This document shows positions 62,819 through 64,000 of a stretch of 64,000 bases of DNA, piece after piece. Each line of letters starts with the position of its first letter. Positions within the stretch are counted from its first letter, which is position 1. The position numbers and the translations under genes were made by a program. The notes beneath the pieces are model-generated. The model saw only the letters and a program-made list of their open reading frames with translations. It was not told the origin of the DNA and made no database searches. Origin of the DNA: Laetmonice hystrix (lineage: Eukaryota); the NCBI GenBank assembly GCA_965235115.1, contig OZ249436.1, positions 6,512,001-6,576,000 of the forward strand, given 5' to 3'.

Positions 62819-64000
62819 GGCACAGCTGTAAAGTGTAATTGCTAACGACACCTTCAGTCATCGGTCCGTCAGGAAGGCAGTGTCCCAGATTTGAATCTTC
62901 TCTTGGTCTTATTCAGATAGGTAATGGGTCGCCCTGCCTCTAATCTCCTCCCGTAATTCTTGGAAGTATTACAGGGAGAATAACCCAACGAGAAATTGAG
63001 GTAAAATTGCCTGAAATCTCACAATGCGACGATAACAAGTTGCAACTTAATTGTGAGTATTTTAATCGTCCAGTAATTTATTTAACGTTTAGGAATGATG
63101 TCAGACAAGCAAGCAAGCTCAATCCACACAAACATAGTTGGATACTTGTAAACAGGTTAAACCTTTCCCATGAAAGTTCCATCCAGGCAAGACTAGAAAG
63201 CATAGTACAGAAGATGTACAAGATCCTCAGGCTGTCATTAAAACAACCTTGGTAAGAAGTCGTTTTGATTGCACTAACAATAGTCTCAGACTCAGTGGCC
63301 GTCAGCGTCCGCAGCCAAATTAAAACAGTTCAACCTTCCCCAATAGGTTTGATATTTTGGTTTTCTCCGATGTTTTCCGTCATAAAACTATTTGTTCGTG
63401 TATTATATCTTGATTGAACAGAACTTGTTAATGTATATTGCCCAGTTAACTTGATGTCAGTTCCGCTTAGTTTGTTAACTCTTTGTCCTTGTTGTATATC
63501 TAGTGCTAGAACCGGATTTGGAACAAAAGAATATCATTAATTCTTGAATGAACAAAGCTGTGTGTTATATAGGGCTTACGGTTGGGAGATTGGGTACGTC
63601 AAAACCGTCAGCTTGTTTCAGAGCTCAGGGTGGAAAAAAACAAAGAACGCATTGAGTTGGTATTAAGAATCATGTTGAACGTCAGGCCTTGTCACCTCCG
63701 CAGCTGAAATAGATGGTTTTGTGGGAATTCGTTCCATTATTCAACACAGCTTGTTGGAAGAATGTTGTATTCTGTTATCAAGTAGAACTCGTCCATCGTG
63801 ACAGCTATGACAACCTGCGCTTAAACAAAATTTAACTTGAAAACTAGGGCGTGAAATAATAATGATGACATGTCTATCAATATAATAGGATATTCTCCTG
63901 CTTACGAATTAAAAGTATGCGTTATACAATATATAAAAACGATCATTAAAACATGGATGCGTGACTAGAAGAAATACCCATGCACAAATTTAAGAAAAGT

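Overview
This looks like eukaryotic (animal, probably invertebrate) nuclear DNA, not prokaryotic DNA: there are no operons, rRNA genes, CRISPR arrays or recognisable enzyme ORFs. By my approximate sum, about 45% of the window is taken up by roughly 28 mutually unrelated minisatellite arrays (units 28-129 bp, arrays up to ~3.8 kb). These arrays account for essentially all long ORFs in the track. Only one coding segment is convincing: a 1251-bp phase 1-1 internal exon on + (44477-45727) encoding a Cys-free, Ser/Thr- and Asp/Glu-rich, sequon-rich extracellular-type region. Also present are five non-autonomous TIR elements (two TTAA/AGG Kolobok-like, one PIF/Harbinger-like, one CAG..CTG element with a 6-bp TSD, and one carrying an internal array) and a tRNA-derived SINE. 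The most interesting signals are two arrays made of amplified splice signals. The first is a 40/44-bp array that repeats the exon's own acceptor ~29 times as TTTCAG|GTAT junctions resembling recursive splice sites. The second is an 80-bp array resembling 16 tandem 27-nt phase-1 microexons. Both readings are hypotheses that need RNA-seq. Array boundaries and copy numbers are approximate.
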